From Fibrobacter succinogenes subsp. succinogenes S85 (GTDB lineage: Bacteria; Fibrobacterota; Fibrobacteria; Fibrobacterales; Fibrobacteraceae): a stretch of DNA of 32,000 bases. The stretch lies in NCBI RefSeq assembly GCF_000146505.1, contig NC_017448.1, positions 2,610,001 to 2,642,000 on the forward strand, in the 5' to 3' direction. The position numbers and the translations under genes were made by a program. The notes under the pieces are model-generated. The model was not told the origin of the DNA and ran no database searches. It saw nothing but the letters and a program-made list of their open reading frames with translations. Positions 1 through 8,942 of the stretch are shown piece by piece (position 1 is the first letter of the stretch; each line of letters begins with the position of its first letter).

Positions 1-204
1 TTGCGCGGTGCTAATTTCCGCTTGCCGACCGAAGCCGAAAATTACAGTGTCTTCGACGTGAACGGCGTGCTCGTGGGCAAGTTCCTTGCTACGACCAAGG
101 CCGATGTCCAGCGCATGACCAAGAGCGTGGTGCGTCAGAATGGCATTTACTTTGTGAAGTCTCTCAAGTCCGGCAATGCTTACCGCATTTCTGTGGCAAA
201 ATAA
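1..204 (+). CDS. 3' end of a gene that starts upstream of the window. Only the ~65-aa C-terminal paralogous tail domain (FPm-1-like, T9SS-CTD-like) of a secreted enzyme is visible.
   Basis: The open frame runs from base 1 to the stop at 202-204. The sequence ...TEAENYSVFDVNG...NGIYFVKSLKSGNAYRISVAK aligns with the C-terminal tails of seven complete proteins in this window. Confidence 0.6.
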   Translation: MRGANFRLPTEAENYSVFDVNGVLVGKFLATTKADVQRMTKSVVRQNGIYFVKSLKSGNAYRISVAK

Positions 205-222
205 TTTCATATTCCTAAAAAC

Positions 223-253
223 GGGAGCCGAGCAATTGGCTCCTGTTTTTTTT
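223..253 (+). terminator. Rho-independent terminator after the partial upstream gene
   Basis: Stem gggagcc / ggctcc around loop gagcaatt, followed by a run of 8 T. Confidence 0.75.
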
Positions 254-279
254 AAGAGTTTGTTAAAAGGGAGATAGAT

Positions 280-1899
280 ATGAGTGTGGAAATGAGCTTC
301 AAAAAGCTGATGGGCATTGCAGGTGTTGCTGCTGGCCTCTCTATGTTTGCGGTAATGGGTGCAAATGCGGCTCCGGACCCGAACTTCCATATTTACATTG
401 CTTACGGGCAGTCGAACATGGAAGGCAACGCGAGGAACTTTACGGATGTCGATAAGAAGGAACATCCTCGCGTGAAAATGTTTGCAACAACGTCTTGCCC
501 GAGTCTTGGCCGCCCTACGGTCGGTGAAATGTACCCGGCAGTGCCGCCAATGTTCAAGTGCGGTGAAGGCCTTTCTGTCGCTGACTGGTTTGGCCGCCAC
601 ATGGCAGATTCCTTGCCGAACGTGACGATTGGCATTATTCCGGTGGCTCAGGGCGGTACGAGTATCCGCTTGTTTGACCCGGACGATTACAAGAATTACC
701 TCAATTCTGCGGAAAGCTGGCTGAAGAACGGAGCCAAGGCTTACGGTGACGATGGCAATGCCATGGGCCGCATTATTGAAGTCGCCAAGAAGGCTCAGGA
801 AAAGGGCGTCATCAAGGGAATCATCTTCCACCAGGGTGAAACCGATGGCGGCATGAGCAACTGGGAGCAGATTGTCAAGAAGACTTACGAATACATGCTC
901 AAGCAGCTCGGTTTGAACGCCGAGGAGACTCCGTTTGTCGCCGGTGAAATGGTCGATGGCGGTTCGTGTGCTGGCTTTAGCAGTCGTGTGCGTGGGCTTT
1001 CCAAGTACATTGCGAATTTTGGCGTGGCAAGTTCCAAGGGTTACGGCTCTAAGGGCGATGGTCTCCACTTTACTGTGGAAGGCTACCGCGGCATGGGCCT
1101 CCGTTATGCCCAGCAAATGCTCAAGCTCATCAACGTGGCGCCTGTTGACCCTGTCCCGCAGGAACCGTTCAAGGGTGCTCCGATTGCTATTCCGGGCAAG
1201 GTCGAAGTCGAAGATTTTGACAAGCCGGGTATCGGCAAGAACGAAGACGGTACGAGTAACGCCTCTTACAGTGACGAAGATTCCGAAAACCACGGTGATA
1301 GCGATTACCGCAAGGATACGGGCGTAGACTTGTACAAGGCGGGCGATGGCGTTGCTCTTGGTTACACGCAGACTGGCGAATGGCTTGAATACACGGTAGA
1401 CGTGAAGGCTGATGGCGAATACAATATCGATGCAAGTGTCGCTGCCGGTAATTCCACCTCTGCGTTCAAGCTTTACATCGACGAAAAAGCAATAACGGAT
1501 GATGTTTCCGTGCCGCAGACTGCCGACAATTCCTGGGACACGTACAAGACGATTTCCGTGAAGGAAAAGGTCACCTTGAAGGCCGGTAAGCACGTGCTCA
1601 AGCTCGAAATCACCGCCAACTACGTGAATATCGACTGGATCCAGTTCAGCGAGCCGAAAAAGGAAGACCCGCCGAGCGCGATTGCAAAGGTCCGTTTTGA
1701 CATGACTGAAGCCGAAAGCAACTTTAGCGTGTACAGCATGCAGGGCCAAAAGCTCGGGACGTTTACCGCGAAGGGAATGGCCGACGCGATGAACCTCGTC
1801 AAGACGGATGCCAAGCTCCGCAAGCAGGCAAAGGGCGTGTTCTTTGTGCGCAAGGAAGGCGCAAAGCTCATGAGCAAGAAGGTTGTCGTTTTCGAATAA
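280..1899 (+). CDS. Secreted CE6-type acetyl xylan esterase (SGNH/SASA-like domain) + CBM6 + C-terminal paralogous tail. First of two adjacent paralogues, possibly the axe6A/axe6B pair described for F. succinogenes.
   Basis: SD gggag lies upstream of the ATG. There is a signal peptide (GIAGVAAGLSMFAVMGANA) and the CE6/SASA hallmark HIYIAYGQSNMEGN...HQGETD. The CBM6 module is IPGKVEVEDFD...GEWLEYTV...NIDWIQF. The tail is SVYSMQG...KGVFFVRKEG...VVVFE. Confidence 0.85.
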   Translation: MSVEMSFKKLMGIAGVAAGLSMFAVMGANAAPDPNFHIYIAYGQSNMEGNARNFTDVDKKEHPRVKMFATTSCPSLGRPTVGEMYPAVPPMFKCGEGLSVADWFGRHMADSLPNVTIGIIPVAQGGTSIRLFDPDDYKNYLNSAESWLKNGAKAYGDDGNAMGRIIEVAKKAQEKGVIKGIIFHQGETDGGMSNWEQIVKKTYEYMLKQLGLNAEETPFVAGEMVDGGSCAGFSSRVRGLSKYIANFGVASSKGYGSKGDGLHFTVEGYRGMGLRYAQQMLKLINVAPVDPVPQEPFKGAPIAIPGKVEVEDFDKPGIGKNEDGTSNASYSDEDSENHGDSDYRKDTGVDLYKAGDGVALGYTQTGEWLEYTVDVKADGEYNIDASVAAGNSTSAFKLYIDEKAITDDVSVPQTADNSWDTYKTISVKEKVTLKAGKHVLKLEITANYVNIDWIQFSEPKKEDPPSAIAKVRFDMTEAESNFSVYSMQGQKLGTFTAKGMADAMNLVKTDAKLRKQAKGVFFVRKEGAKLMSKKVVVFE

Positions 1900-1914
1900 T
1901 TCTAGACTCCATGA

Positions 1915-1947
1915 AGGGTCCTGGCGGATGCTAGGACTCTTTTTTTA
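1915..1947 (+). terminator. Probable intrinsic terminator after the first CE6 gene
   Basis: Imperfect stem agggtcctgg / ctaggactct (8 of 10 pairs) followed by T7. Confidence 0.5.
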
Positions 1948-2079
1948 CAAAATGCGTTTTTTGAGCGAATTTCGCAATTCATTGACAAAACGTCCATATT
2001 ATATGGAGCATACATTTGAGCTTTTTCTGCATTTTTAGGGTAGATTCTTTATAGAAATTTTGGATTAAGGGATATAAAA

Positions 2080-3738
2080 ATGAGCGTGGAAAGAAACCTC
2101 AAAAAATTCATGGCCCTTGCTGGCGTTGCCGCTGGGCTTTCTATGTTTGCGGTGGGGGCGAATGCGGCTCCGAACCCGAACTTCCATATCTACATTGCTT
2201 ATGGGCAGTCTAACATGGCGGGCAACGGCGATATCGTACCGTCTGAAGACCAGGCCGAAGCTCCTAAGAACTTTATCATGCTTGCTTCGCACAATGCAAA
2301 TGCAAGCCAACGCAGCGGCAAGACGAATCAGTCTATCAAGACGGGCGAATGGTACCCGGCAATTCCTCCGATGTTCCATCCGTTCGAAAACCTCTCCCCG
2401 GCGGACTACTTTGGCCGCGCTATGGCCGATTCCTTGCCGGGCGTGACCGTGGGCATTATCCCGGTTGCCATCGGTGCTGTGAGCATCCGCGCCTTCGACA
2501 AGGACCAGTACGAAGCTTATTTCAGGGGCGATGGCAAGGACATCATGAACTGGGGCTGGCCCAAGGATTACGACAACAACCCTCCGGGACGCATTCTGGA
2601 ACTTGCCAAGAAGGCAAAGGAAGTGGGCGTCATCAAGGGCTTCATCTTCCACCAGGGCGAAAGTGACGGTACCGATGCCAACTGGCGCAAGACCGTTTAC
2701 AAGACCTACAAGGACGTGATTGATGCGCTTGGCTTGGACGAAAACGAAGTGCCGTTTGTGGCAGGCGAACTCCTCCAGGAAGGCCAGAACTGCTGCTCTA
2801 GCAAAAACGGCGGCATTGCCCAGCTCAAGCAAAATTTCAAGAAGTTCGGACTTGCCTCTTCCAAGGGCTTGCAGGGTAACGGCAAGGATCCGTACCACTT
2901 TGGCCGTGCGGGCGTGATTGAACTTGGCAAGCGCTACTGCTCCGAAATGCTCAAGCTCATTGACAAGACGATTGACCCGGATGCTCCGCCGGTAAACCTC
3001 GTGGACCCGAGCCAGTCTACGGTTCCGGATGAACCGCCCGAGGAATATGGCCCGTACACGGACCCGATTGAAATCCCTGGCAAGGTCGAAGCTGAAAACT
3101 ACAACAAGGGCGGCGCCGACAAGGCCTATTACGATTTGAGCAAGGGCAACGAAGGCGGTAAGCTCCGCAAGAACGATGTCGATATTTACCAGCCGAACAT
3201 GGGCATTGTCGTCGGTCACTGCCAAAAGTCTGAATGGCTCAAGTACACCGTAAATGTCAAGGCCGATGGCGACTACGGAATTACGGCGAACGTAGCCGGT
3301 GATAATGCGACCGGTAGCATTGTGCTCTACATGGATGACAAGCGCATTGGCGATGAAATGGTGAACGAAGGCAAGGGCTTTGACACGTTCTCTATCGTCG
3401 ATGGTGGCAAGGTTTCCCTGAAGGCTGGCGAACACGAACTGAAGATTGAAATTGCAAACGACTGGATTGATATTGACTATATCGAATTCAAGGAAATCAG
3501 CGCTCAGCCGCCGATTGGAATCAAGAATATCCGCTTTAGTATGACTGAAGCCGAAAGTAGCTATAGCGTGTTCGATATGCAGGGCATTAAGCTGAGTTCG
3601 TTTACCGCAAAAGGCATGAACGAAGCAATGAATCTAGTGAGGGAAAACGCAAAGCTCCGCAAGCAGGCAAAGGGTGTGTTCTTTGTCCGCAAGAACGGGG
3701 AAAAATCTCTAACAAAAAAGGTGGTGATACATGAATAA
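2080..3738 (+). CDS. Secreted CE6-type acetyl xylan esterase + CBM6 + C-terminal paralogous tail (second adjacent paralogue)
   Basis: The N-terminus is almost identical to the previous gene (MSVE.N.KK.M..AGVAAGLSMFAV). It has HIYIAYGQSNMAGN and HQGESD. The CBM6 module is IPGKVEAENYN...SEWLKYTV...IDIDYIEF. The tail is SVFDMQG...KGVFFVRKNG...VVIHE. Confidence 0.85.
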   Translation: MSVERNLKKFMALAGVAAGLSMFAVGANAAPNPNFHIYIAYGQSNMAGNGDIVPSEDQAEAPKNFIMLASHNANASQRSGKTNQSIKTGEWYPAIPPMFHPFENLSPADYFGRAMADSLPGVTVGIIPVAIGAVSIRAFDKDQYEAYFRGDGKDIMNWGWPKDYDNNPPGRILELAKKAKEVGVIKGFIFHQGESDGTDANWRKTVYKTYKDVIDALGLDENEVPFVAGELLQEGQNCCSSKNGGIAQLKQNFKKFGLASSKGLQGNGKDPYHFGRAGVIELGKRYCSEMLKLIDKTIDPDAPPVNLVDPSQSTVPDEPPEEYGPYTDPIEIPGKVEAENYNKGGADKAYYDLSKGNEGGKLRKNDVDIYQPNMGIVVGHCQKSEWLKYTVNVKADGDYGITANVAGDNATGSIVLYMDDKRIGDEMVNEGKGFDTFSIVDGGKVSLKAGEHELKIEIANDWIDIDYIEFKEISAQPPIGIKNIRFSMTEAESSYSVFDMQGIKLSSFTAKGMNEAMNLVRENAKLRKQAKGVFFVRKNGEKSLTKKVVIHE

Positions 3739-3865
3739 AAACGAGTTGGTAGTTGTAAAGCAAATCGCTTTCTTCTTTGTCGTCGCTGTTGCTCTTGGCT
3801 TCATCTACGGCTAATAAAATAAAATGAGAGAATAATACACGGGAAAAATTAGTGTGACTCCTATA

Positions 3866-3894
3866 GGGCCTCGGCAACCGCCGGGGCTCTTTTC
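3866..3894 (+). terminator. Probable intrinsic terminator ~130 nt downstream of the second CE6 gene
   Basis: GC-rich hairpin cctcggc-aacc-gccgggg (extendable by flanking g/c pairs), followed by ctcttttc. Confidence 0.5.
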
Positions 3895-4159
3895 GTATGC
3901 CCCCGTCATCCTCGACCCTAGAGTGCGCGGCGCGTTATCAAGAATGCGCAATGGTCCGCATTTATAAAAAGTAATCGGTGGTTTGAATGCCTGTTGGTGT
4001 GTGAAAAAAAATGAAATTTTTAGAAAATGGTGAAATTTACGTGAAAAAGGTTTGAAAATACGTGGCTTTCACGTAATATTTAAACGTTGTCTGTAGTTTT
4101 GAATGTGGAAAAGCTGGTTTTGGGGTGTTTTTCAAAATTTCAGTAGTTGACAACTATAC

Positions 4160-4195
4160 AAGATAAAAGAATCGCCCCGGTTGCCCGGAGCGATT
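4160..4195 (-). terminator. Intrinsic terminator of the minus-strand esterase gene
   Basis: Read on the - strand: hairpin aatcgctccgg-gcaa-ccggggcgatt (10 of 11 pairs), then cttttatctt. Confidence 0.6.
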
Positions 4196-4236
4196 ATGGT
4201 GTATATAGGATGAATTATGAAATCAAATTTGATTTA

Positions 4237-5739
4237 TTACTTCACGAAGCTTGCCGGAAGCGTGAACTGCTTGAGGAACGGCCAGCCAATGCTAGCGTCA
4301 CCGTAGTCGTGACCACCGCCCTGCTTGGTGCAGAGCACGACCTTCGTGCCGTCCTTGCAGTTGGAGTATTCCTGGCAACCATTGGAGTTCTTGGTCGGAG
4401 AGCCTGTGCAGCCGTTCTTTTCGGCCCAGAACTTGAAGGTGCCTTCGGCGCCAAGGAAGTTCAAACCGTCGTTGAAGCCGCTATCGCCACCTTGGTAACG
4501 GCAGACCGGGTCATTCGTGCCGCGGAAGTTGATGACAGAAATCGGACGAGACATCTTGCATTGAGCACTGTTGGTCTTGTTCAAGTCCATAGCTGCTGGA
4601 GCAACTGCGGCGAAGACATCGGACATCATGCAAGCCACGTGGTTACTCATCCCGCCACCCATCGAGAAGCCGGTAGCGTAGATGCGCTGCGGGTCGATGC
4701 AGGCGATTTCTTTGAGCTTATCAATCATTGCGTAAGAGAACTTGACGTCATCGTCGTTGGAGCAGCAGGGGCCGACGTTCCAGCCGTTACCCATTCCACC
4801 CGGTTTGCCAGTGCCGTCCGGATAAAGCGTGATTACGCCTTCGGGGTCAGTCTTGGCCTTGTACGGAGAACTGCCAAATTCGCCTGAACCGCTACCGCCA
4901 ATCGGGTGGTAGTCAATAACGAGCGGTACGGGCTTGTCACCCTTGTAGGCGCTCGGCACGTGCATAATGAATGTACGTTTCTTGCCATCGACGGTCACGT
5001 CCATGTTCTGTCTATCTACGGGCTTTACCGTCTTGCCGGCGCAGTCAACGATGATTTGTTCAATCTTGGCGCTGCTAGAAGATTCTTCAACGCTAGAAGA
5101 AGAAACCTTTGCGGAAGAACTAGATTCAATCTTTTTGCTAGAACTGGACTGAGCACTAGCCTTGGCCATCTTGACGAAGACGCCCGTTTCAACTTCGGCC
5201 TTAGCCTGGTAGGTGGCGTTCTGGTAGCCTTCCAGTGAGAACTGCAAGAACGGCAGCGGATCACCTTCCTTCATGAGGGTGACTGTCTTGCCTATCTGGT
5301 AGGTAGCGCGGTTTCCGTCGGCGTTAATGCGGAGGAACTTGGCGCCCTTAGCCATAGTCTTGTTCAAGTCGACCTGCATAAAGCCGTCGATGTTATGTTC
5401 CGTCTTGGAGGCGCAAACTTTGCCGAGTGCATCCATCACGGACATGGTAATCGTTTGGGCCTTTACGCCGGAAATGGTAATGATGTTGTTGCTGAAACCG
5501 ATGAAAGCCTTGGCTACCATAGCGGAGTGCAAACCTGCATTCTCGTTAGAGATTGTAAATGTACCATCTGCACCTGATGTGGATTCTACACCCGCATAGT
5601 TGAACGATGTAATCTTGACGCCGGAAAGTGCTCGGCCCGAACCTTCTGAGGTGATTGTGCCACTGATGCTCCAAGCGAAGGAAAGTGAGCTAAGCAAAGC
5701 TACTGTTCCTGTGAATGCCATGAATTTAGACATGGTCAT
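4237..5739 (-). CDS. Secreted esterase of the PHB-depolymerase / LpqC (CE1-like, feruloyl or acetyl-xylan esterase) family. It has an N-terminal CarboxypepD_reg-like beta-sandwich and a Ser-rich linker, and lacks both CBM6 and the paralogous tail.
   Basis: SD aaggag lies 5 nt before the ATG at 5739 (MTMSKFMAF... signal peptide). I prefer this start to the ORF-track start at 5769. The linker is SSSSKKIESSSSAKVSSSSVEESSSSAK. The esterase core is VIDYHPIGGSG...IYATGFSMGGGMSNHVAC...GGGHDY. Confidence 0.8.
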   Translation of the reverse strand: MTMSKFMAFTGTVALLSSLSFAWSISGTITSEGSGRALSGVKITSFNYAGVESTSGADGTFTISNENAGLHSAMVAKAFIGFSNNIITISGVKAQTITMSVMDALGKVCASKTEHNIDGFMQVDLNKTMAKGAKFLRINADGNRATYQIGKTVTLMKEGDPLPFLQFSLEGYQNATYQAKAEVETGVFVKMAKASAQSSSSKKIESSSSAKVSSSSVEESSSSAKIEQIIVDCAGKTVKPVDRQNMDVTVDGKKRTFIMHVPSAYKGDKPVPLVIDYHPIGGSGSGEFGSSPYKAKTDPEGVITLYPDGTGKPGGMGNGWNVGPCCSNDDDVKFSYAMIDKLKEIACIDPQRIYATGFSMGGGMSNHVACMMSDVFAAVAPAAMDLNKTNSAQCKMSRPISVINFRGTNDPVCRYQGGDSGFNDGLNFLGAEGTFKFWAEKNGCTGSPTKNSNGCQEYSNCKDGTKVVLCTKQGGGHDYGDASIGWPFLKQFTLPASFVK

Positions 5740-6068
5740 AACGACTCCTTTTAAGTTAAAAGTTTCCAACCCTTTTAATACACTCGGCCTGGCCTTATCC
5801 AGAGACTCTTGCCAGGCCTACCCAAAATATAGATGGATGTTTCTTAGGTGTTGCGAAATGGTGTTGTGAAAAATTATAAAGCGTTGTGAAAATTGCGAAA
5901 AGGATTTTTTACAAAAGAGGCGCGGTTTTCGACACGTTTTCGGGGCCGTAATGGGGTGTTATTGATAAAAAATCCATAAAAAGGGCGTGCGATTGCGGGT
6001 TAAAACCATGTAAATGGGATAAATTATGATTGTTAATCTTATCTAGCCTTGGTTGGAAAGGAGTGATT

Positions 6069-8405
6069 ATGGGATTGTTTAGTAAGATGGCGAAGTCGGC
6101 TGTGGTTTTGGCTGCTTTTGCTGTAGTGAATAGTGCAGCCGTTAAGGTCAATAACCCGATCATGTATGTCGATAGCCCGGACCCTTCCATTGTCCGTGTT
6201 GACGATGCTTATTACATGGTCACGACGACCATGCACTTTGCGCCTGGCGTGCCTGTTTTCAAGAGCACGGATTTGGCCCAGTGGCGCACGGTGGGTTATG
6301 CCTACCAGACGCTCACCAACAACGACCAGCAGAACCTGAATGGCGGCAAGGACGCCTACGGTAAGGGCTCCTGGGCATCGAGCATCCGCTACCACAAGGG
6401 GTTTTTCTACGTGCTGACTCCGTCTTACACGACGGGCAAAACTCATTTGTACAAGACCGCCGACGTGGAAAGCGGCCAGTGGTCCGAAGTGCAGCTCCCG
6501 TTCTACCATGACCCTTCTTTGTTCTTTGATGACGATGGCACCGTGTGGGTGTTCTACGGCAGCGGCGACCAGATTAGCTATGTGCAGTTGAATGACGATG
6601 CTAGCGGTGTAAAGGCTGGCGGCAAGAGCGGTAAGCTCGGTGGCGTGAGTGTAAACCAGGTAACCGGTACCAGCAACTACTACGTGCAGCAGGAAGGCTC
6701 GCACATGGAAAAGGTGAACGGCGAATACTACCTGTTTACGATTTCCTGGCCGGCTGGCAAGAGCCGTAGCGAAATCGTTTACCGTTCCAAGAGCCTGCTC
6801 TCCGGATTCAGCGGAAGGTATTTCCTCTCTGATAACGGTGTTGCGCAGGGCGGCATTTTTGATACTCCCGATGGCAAGTGGTATGCCCTCCTGTTCCGCG
6901 ATTCCGGTCCGGTTGGCCGTATGTCGCACTTGGTCCCGATGGAATGGAAGGATGGTTGGCCGGTTCCGACGAGCGGATCCAAGGCTCCCTCGACGATTGA
7001 CTTGCCGGAATCTCCGCTCCCGGGCTACGGCATGGTCACGAGTGACGATTTTGAATCTGGCGAACTTGCTCTCGAATGGCAGTTCAACCATAACCCTGAT
7101 AACAAAAACTGGAGCTTGTCTGCAAATCCGGGATTTTTCCGCATTACCACGGGCCGCACGGATAGCCGTGTCGTGAATGCAAAGAACACTTTGACACAGC
7201 GTTCCTTTGGCCCTAAGAGTTCTGGCCGTACGCTTGTTGACGGCAAGGGCATGAAGGATGGAGACATGGCGGGCCTCGTTGCTTTGCAGGATGACAAGGG
7301 CTTTGTCGCGCTTGCTAAAGATGGCGGTAACTACAAGGTTGTGATGTACAGCGGAAACAAGGATGGCGAAAGACTTGTAACAAGTGAAAATCTTTCGGAC
7401 TCCAAGGTTTATCTGCGAATCGATTTTGACTTGCCGATTGACCGTGGTACTGCATATTTCTATTACAGCACCGATGGTAGCTCTTGGAAAAAGATTGGCA
7501 ACGATGTGAAGCTCAATTATGACCTCCACATGTTCGTGGGCGTGCGCTGGGGCCTCTTCAACTTTGCGACCAAGCAGGCGGGCGGCTATGCAGACTTCGA
7601 CTGGTTCAAGGTCGGTACCGATGTGAACGATGAAATTTATCTCGACGGCGCTGGTTCTGAACCTGTTCCGCAGACTCCGTTCTGTGCCGCTGGCGAAAAC
7701 TGCCCTGCAAATGCAATCCCGGGCAAGATTGAAGCCGAAGACTTTGACGTGCCGGGCAAGGGCAAGGATGGCTCATCTTACTATGACAGCGATTCCGAAA
7801 ACCACGGCGATAGCGACTATCGCAAGGGTACCGGCGTTGACCTTTACAAGAAGGCAACTGGCGTCATTGTGGGCTACAACAGCGAAGGCGACTGGCTCGA
7901 ATATACCGTGAACGTAAAGGAAGCGGGAGATTACACCATGTTTGCTGCGGTTGCTGCTGCGGGTTCCACCTCAAGCTTCAAGCTCTCTTTGGATGGCAAG
8001 GACATTACTGAAGAACTCTCTGTTCCGGCGGCAAGTTCTGGCGAAGAAAATTATGACGATTATAACAAGGTAAAAGCAAACGTAAAACTCCCGGAAGGCG
8101 AACATGTACTCCGCTTCACGGTTGTTGGCTCTTGGCTTGATATCGACTACTTTACGTTCGTGAAGGGCGCAAACGCTACGGATCCGGATCCCATTGTTGG
8201 CTTGGCAAAGGGCGTTCGCTATAATGTGCAGGGCGTGCAGACTTATGGCGTCTATGGCTTGAACGGTAAGTTCATCGGTCGCGTTGATGCATCCAACAAC
8301 TTCGATGTGCGTAGCAAGGTGAACAGCCTCGTGAAGGAAAGCGGCGTGTACATCGTCAAGTCTCTCACCACCGGCAACACCCACCGCCTATCCGTAACAA
8401 AGTAA
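6069..8405 (+). CDS. Secreted GH43 beta-xylosidase/alpha-L-arabinofuranosidase with a concanavalin-like GH43 C-terminal domain + CBM6 + paralogous tail
   Basis: SD ggaaaggag precedes the ATG at 6069 (MGLFSKMAKS...), which I prefer to 6030. The GH43 N-terminus is NPIMYVDSPDPSIVRVDDAYYMVTTTMHF..., followed by the EWQFNHNPDNKNWSL...GFFRITTG domain. The CBM6 module is IPGKIEAEDFD...GDWLEYTV...LDIDYFTF. The tail is GVYGLNG...SGVYIVKSLTTGNTHRLSVTK. Confidence 0.85.
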   Translation: MGLFSKMAKSAVVLAAFAVVNSAAVKVNNPIMYVDSPDPSIVRVDDAYYMVTTTMHFAPGVPVFKSTDLAQWRTVGYAYQTLTNNDQQNLNGGKDAYGKGSWASSIRYHKGFFYVLTPSYTTGKTHLYKTADVESGQWSEVQLPFYHDPSLFFDDDGTVWVFYGSGDQISYVQLNDDASGVKAGGKSGKLGGVSVNQVTGTSNYYVQQEGSHMEKVNGEYYLFTISWPAGKSRSEIVYRSKSLLSGFSGRYFLSDNGVAQGGIFDTPDGKWYALLFRDSGPVGRMSHLVPMEWKDGWPVPTSGSKAPSTIDLPESPLPGYGMVTSDDFESGELALEWQFNHNPDNKNWSLSANPGFFRITTGRTDSRVVNAKNTLTQRSFGPKSSGRTLVDGKGMKDGDMAGLVALQDDKGFVALAKDGGNYKVVMYSGNKDGERLVTSENLSDSKVYLRIDFDLPIDRGTAYFYYSTDGSSWKKIGNDVKLNYDLHMFVGVRWGLFNFATKQAGGYADFDWFKVGTDVNDEIYLDGAGSEPVPQTPFCAAGENCPANAIPGKIEAEDFDVPGKGKDGSSYYDSDSENHGDSDYRKGTGVDLYKKATGVIVGYNSEGDWLEYTVNVKEAGDYTMFAAVAAAGSTSSFKLSLDGKDITEELSVPAASSGEENYDDYNKVKANVKLPEGEHVLRFTVVGSWLDIDYFTFVKGANATDPDPIVGLAKGVRYNVQGVQTYGVYGLNGKFIGRVDASNNFDVRSKVNSLVKESGVYIVKSLTTGNTHRLSVTK

Positions 8406-8430
8406 TCTCTATAGTTTATTCATAGTTCCT

Positions 8431-8830
8431 CAAACACCCCCCGAGACCAGGAAGCGGATGTCGGAAGCGAAGCTTACGGACATCCATTTCCTGGTCGTTT
8501 TTGTGTTCTGTAAACACCCCCGAGGCTCGGATGCACACGTGGAAAGCTTGCTTTCCAACGTGTATATCCGAGCCGTTTTTGGTTGTTCTTAAAACACCCC
8601 TATCACACATTTCCAGAACAACCAAGAGGCCAGAATCACATCTCGGAAAGCTTGCTTTCCTGCGGGTATATCCGAGCCGTTTTTGGTTGTTCTTAAAACA
8701 CCCCTATCACACATTTCCAGAACAACCAAGAGGCCAGAATCACATCTCGGAAAGCTTGCTTTCCTGCGGGTATATCCGAGCCGTTTTTGGTTGTTCTTAA
8801 AACACCCCTATTACACATTTTATCCCCTCA
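8431..8830 (+). repeat. Tandem array of terminator-like stem-loop units in the GH43-esterase intergenic region. It contains two identical 104-bp copies (8581-8684 and 8685-8788) plus a partial third copy.
   Basis: Every unit begins with (t)aaacacccc and ends with ccgttttt(g). Units at ~8431-8500 and ~8510-8580 each fold into a ~17-18-bp hairpin (gaccaggaagcggatgtc / gacatccatttcctggtc; ggctcggatgcacacgt / acgtgtatatccgagcc) followed by T5. The 104-bp units share only the 3' arm and the loop ggaaagcttgctttcc. Confidence 0.85.
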
Positions 8831-8942
8831 ACCCATTGTCAAAACCGCAATGGAAAATGTTTACCGCTAAGTGATAATCGCCAATCCAAAAGGTATTTTC
8901 TTCATAGGTAAAATGGGAAATAAACCTCAAGGAGTAAGAGGT

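Noticed and set aside
8416-8874. ORFs 8416-8625(-), 8501-8800(+) and 8683-8874(+), and the possibility that the repeats form a CRISPR array
   Set aside because: The ORFs simply read through the tandem repeat, so the same peptide repeats, and they lack SD sequences. It is not CRISPR because the 104-bp units are contiguous with no unique spacers, the units are too long, and no cas genes are nearby.
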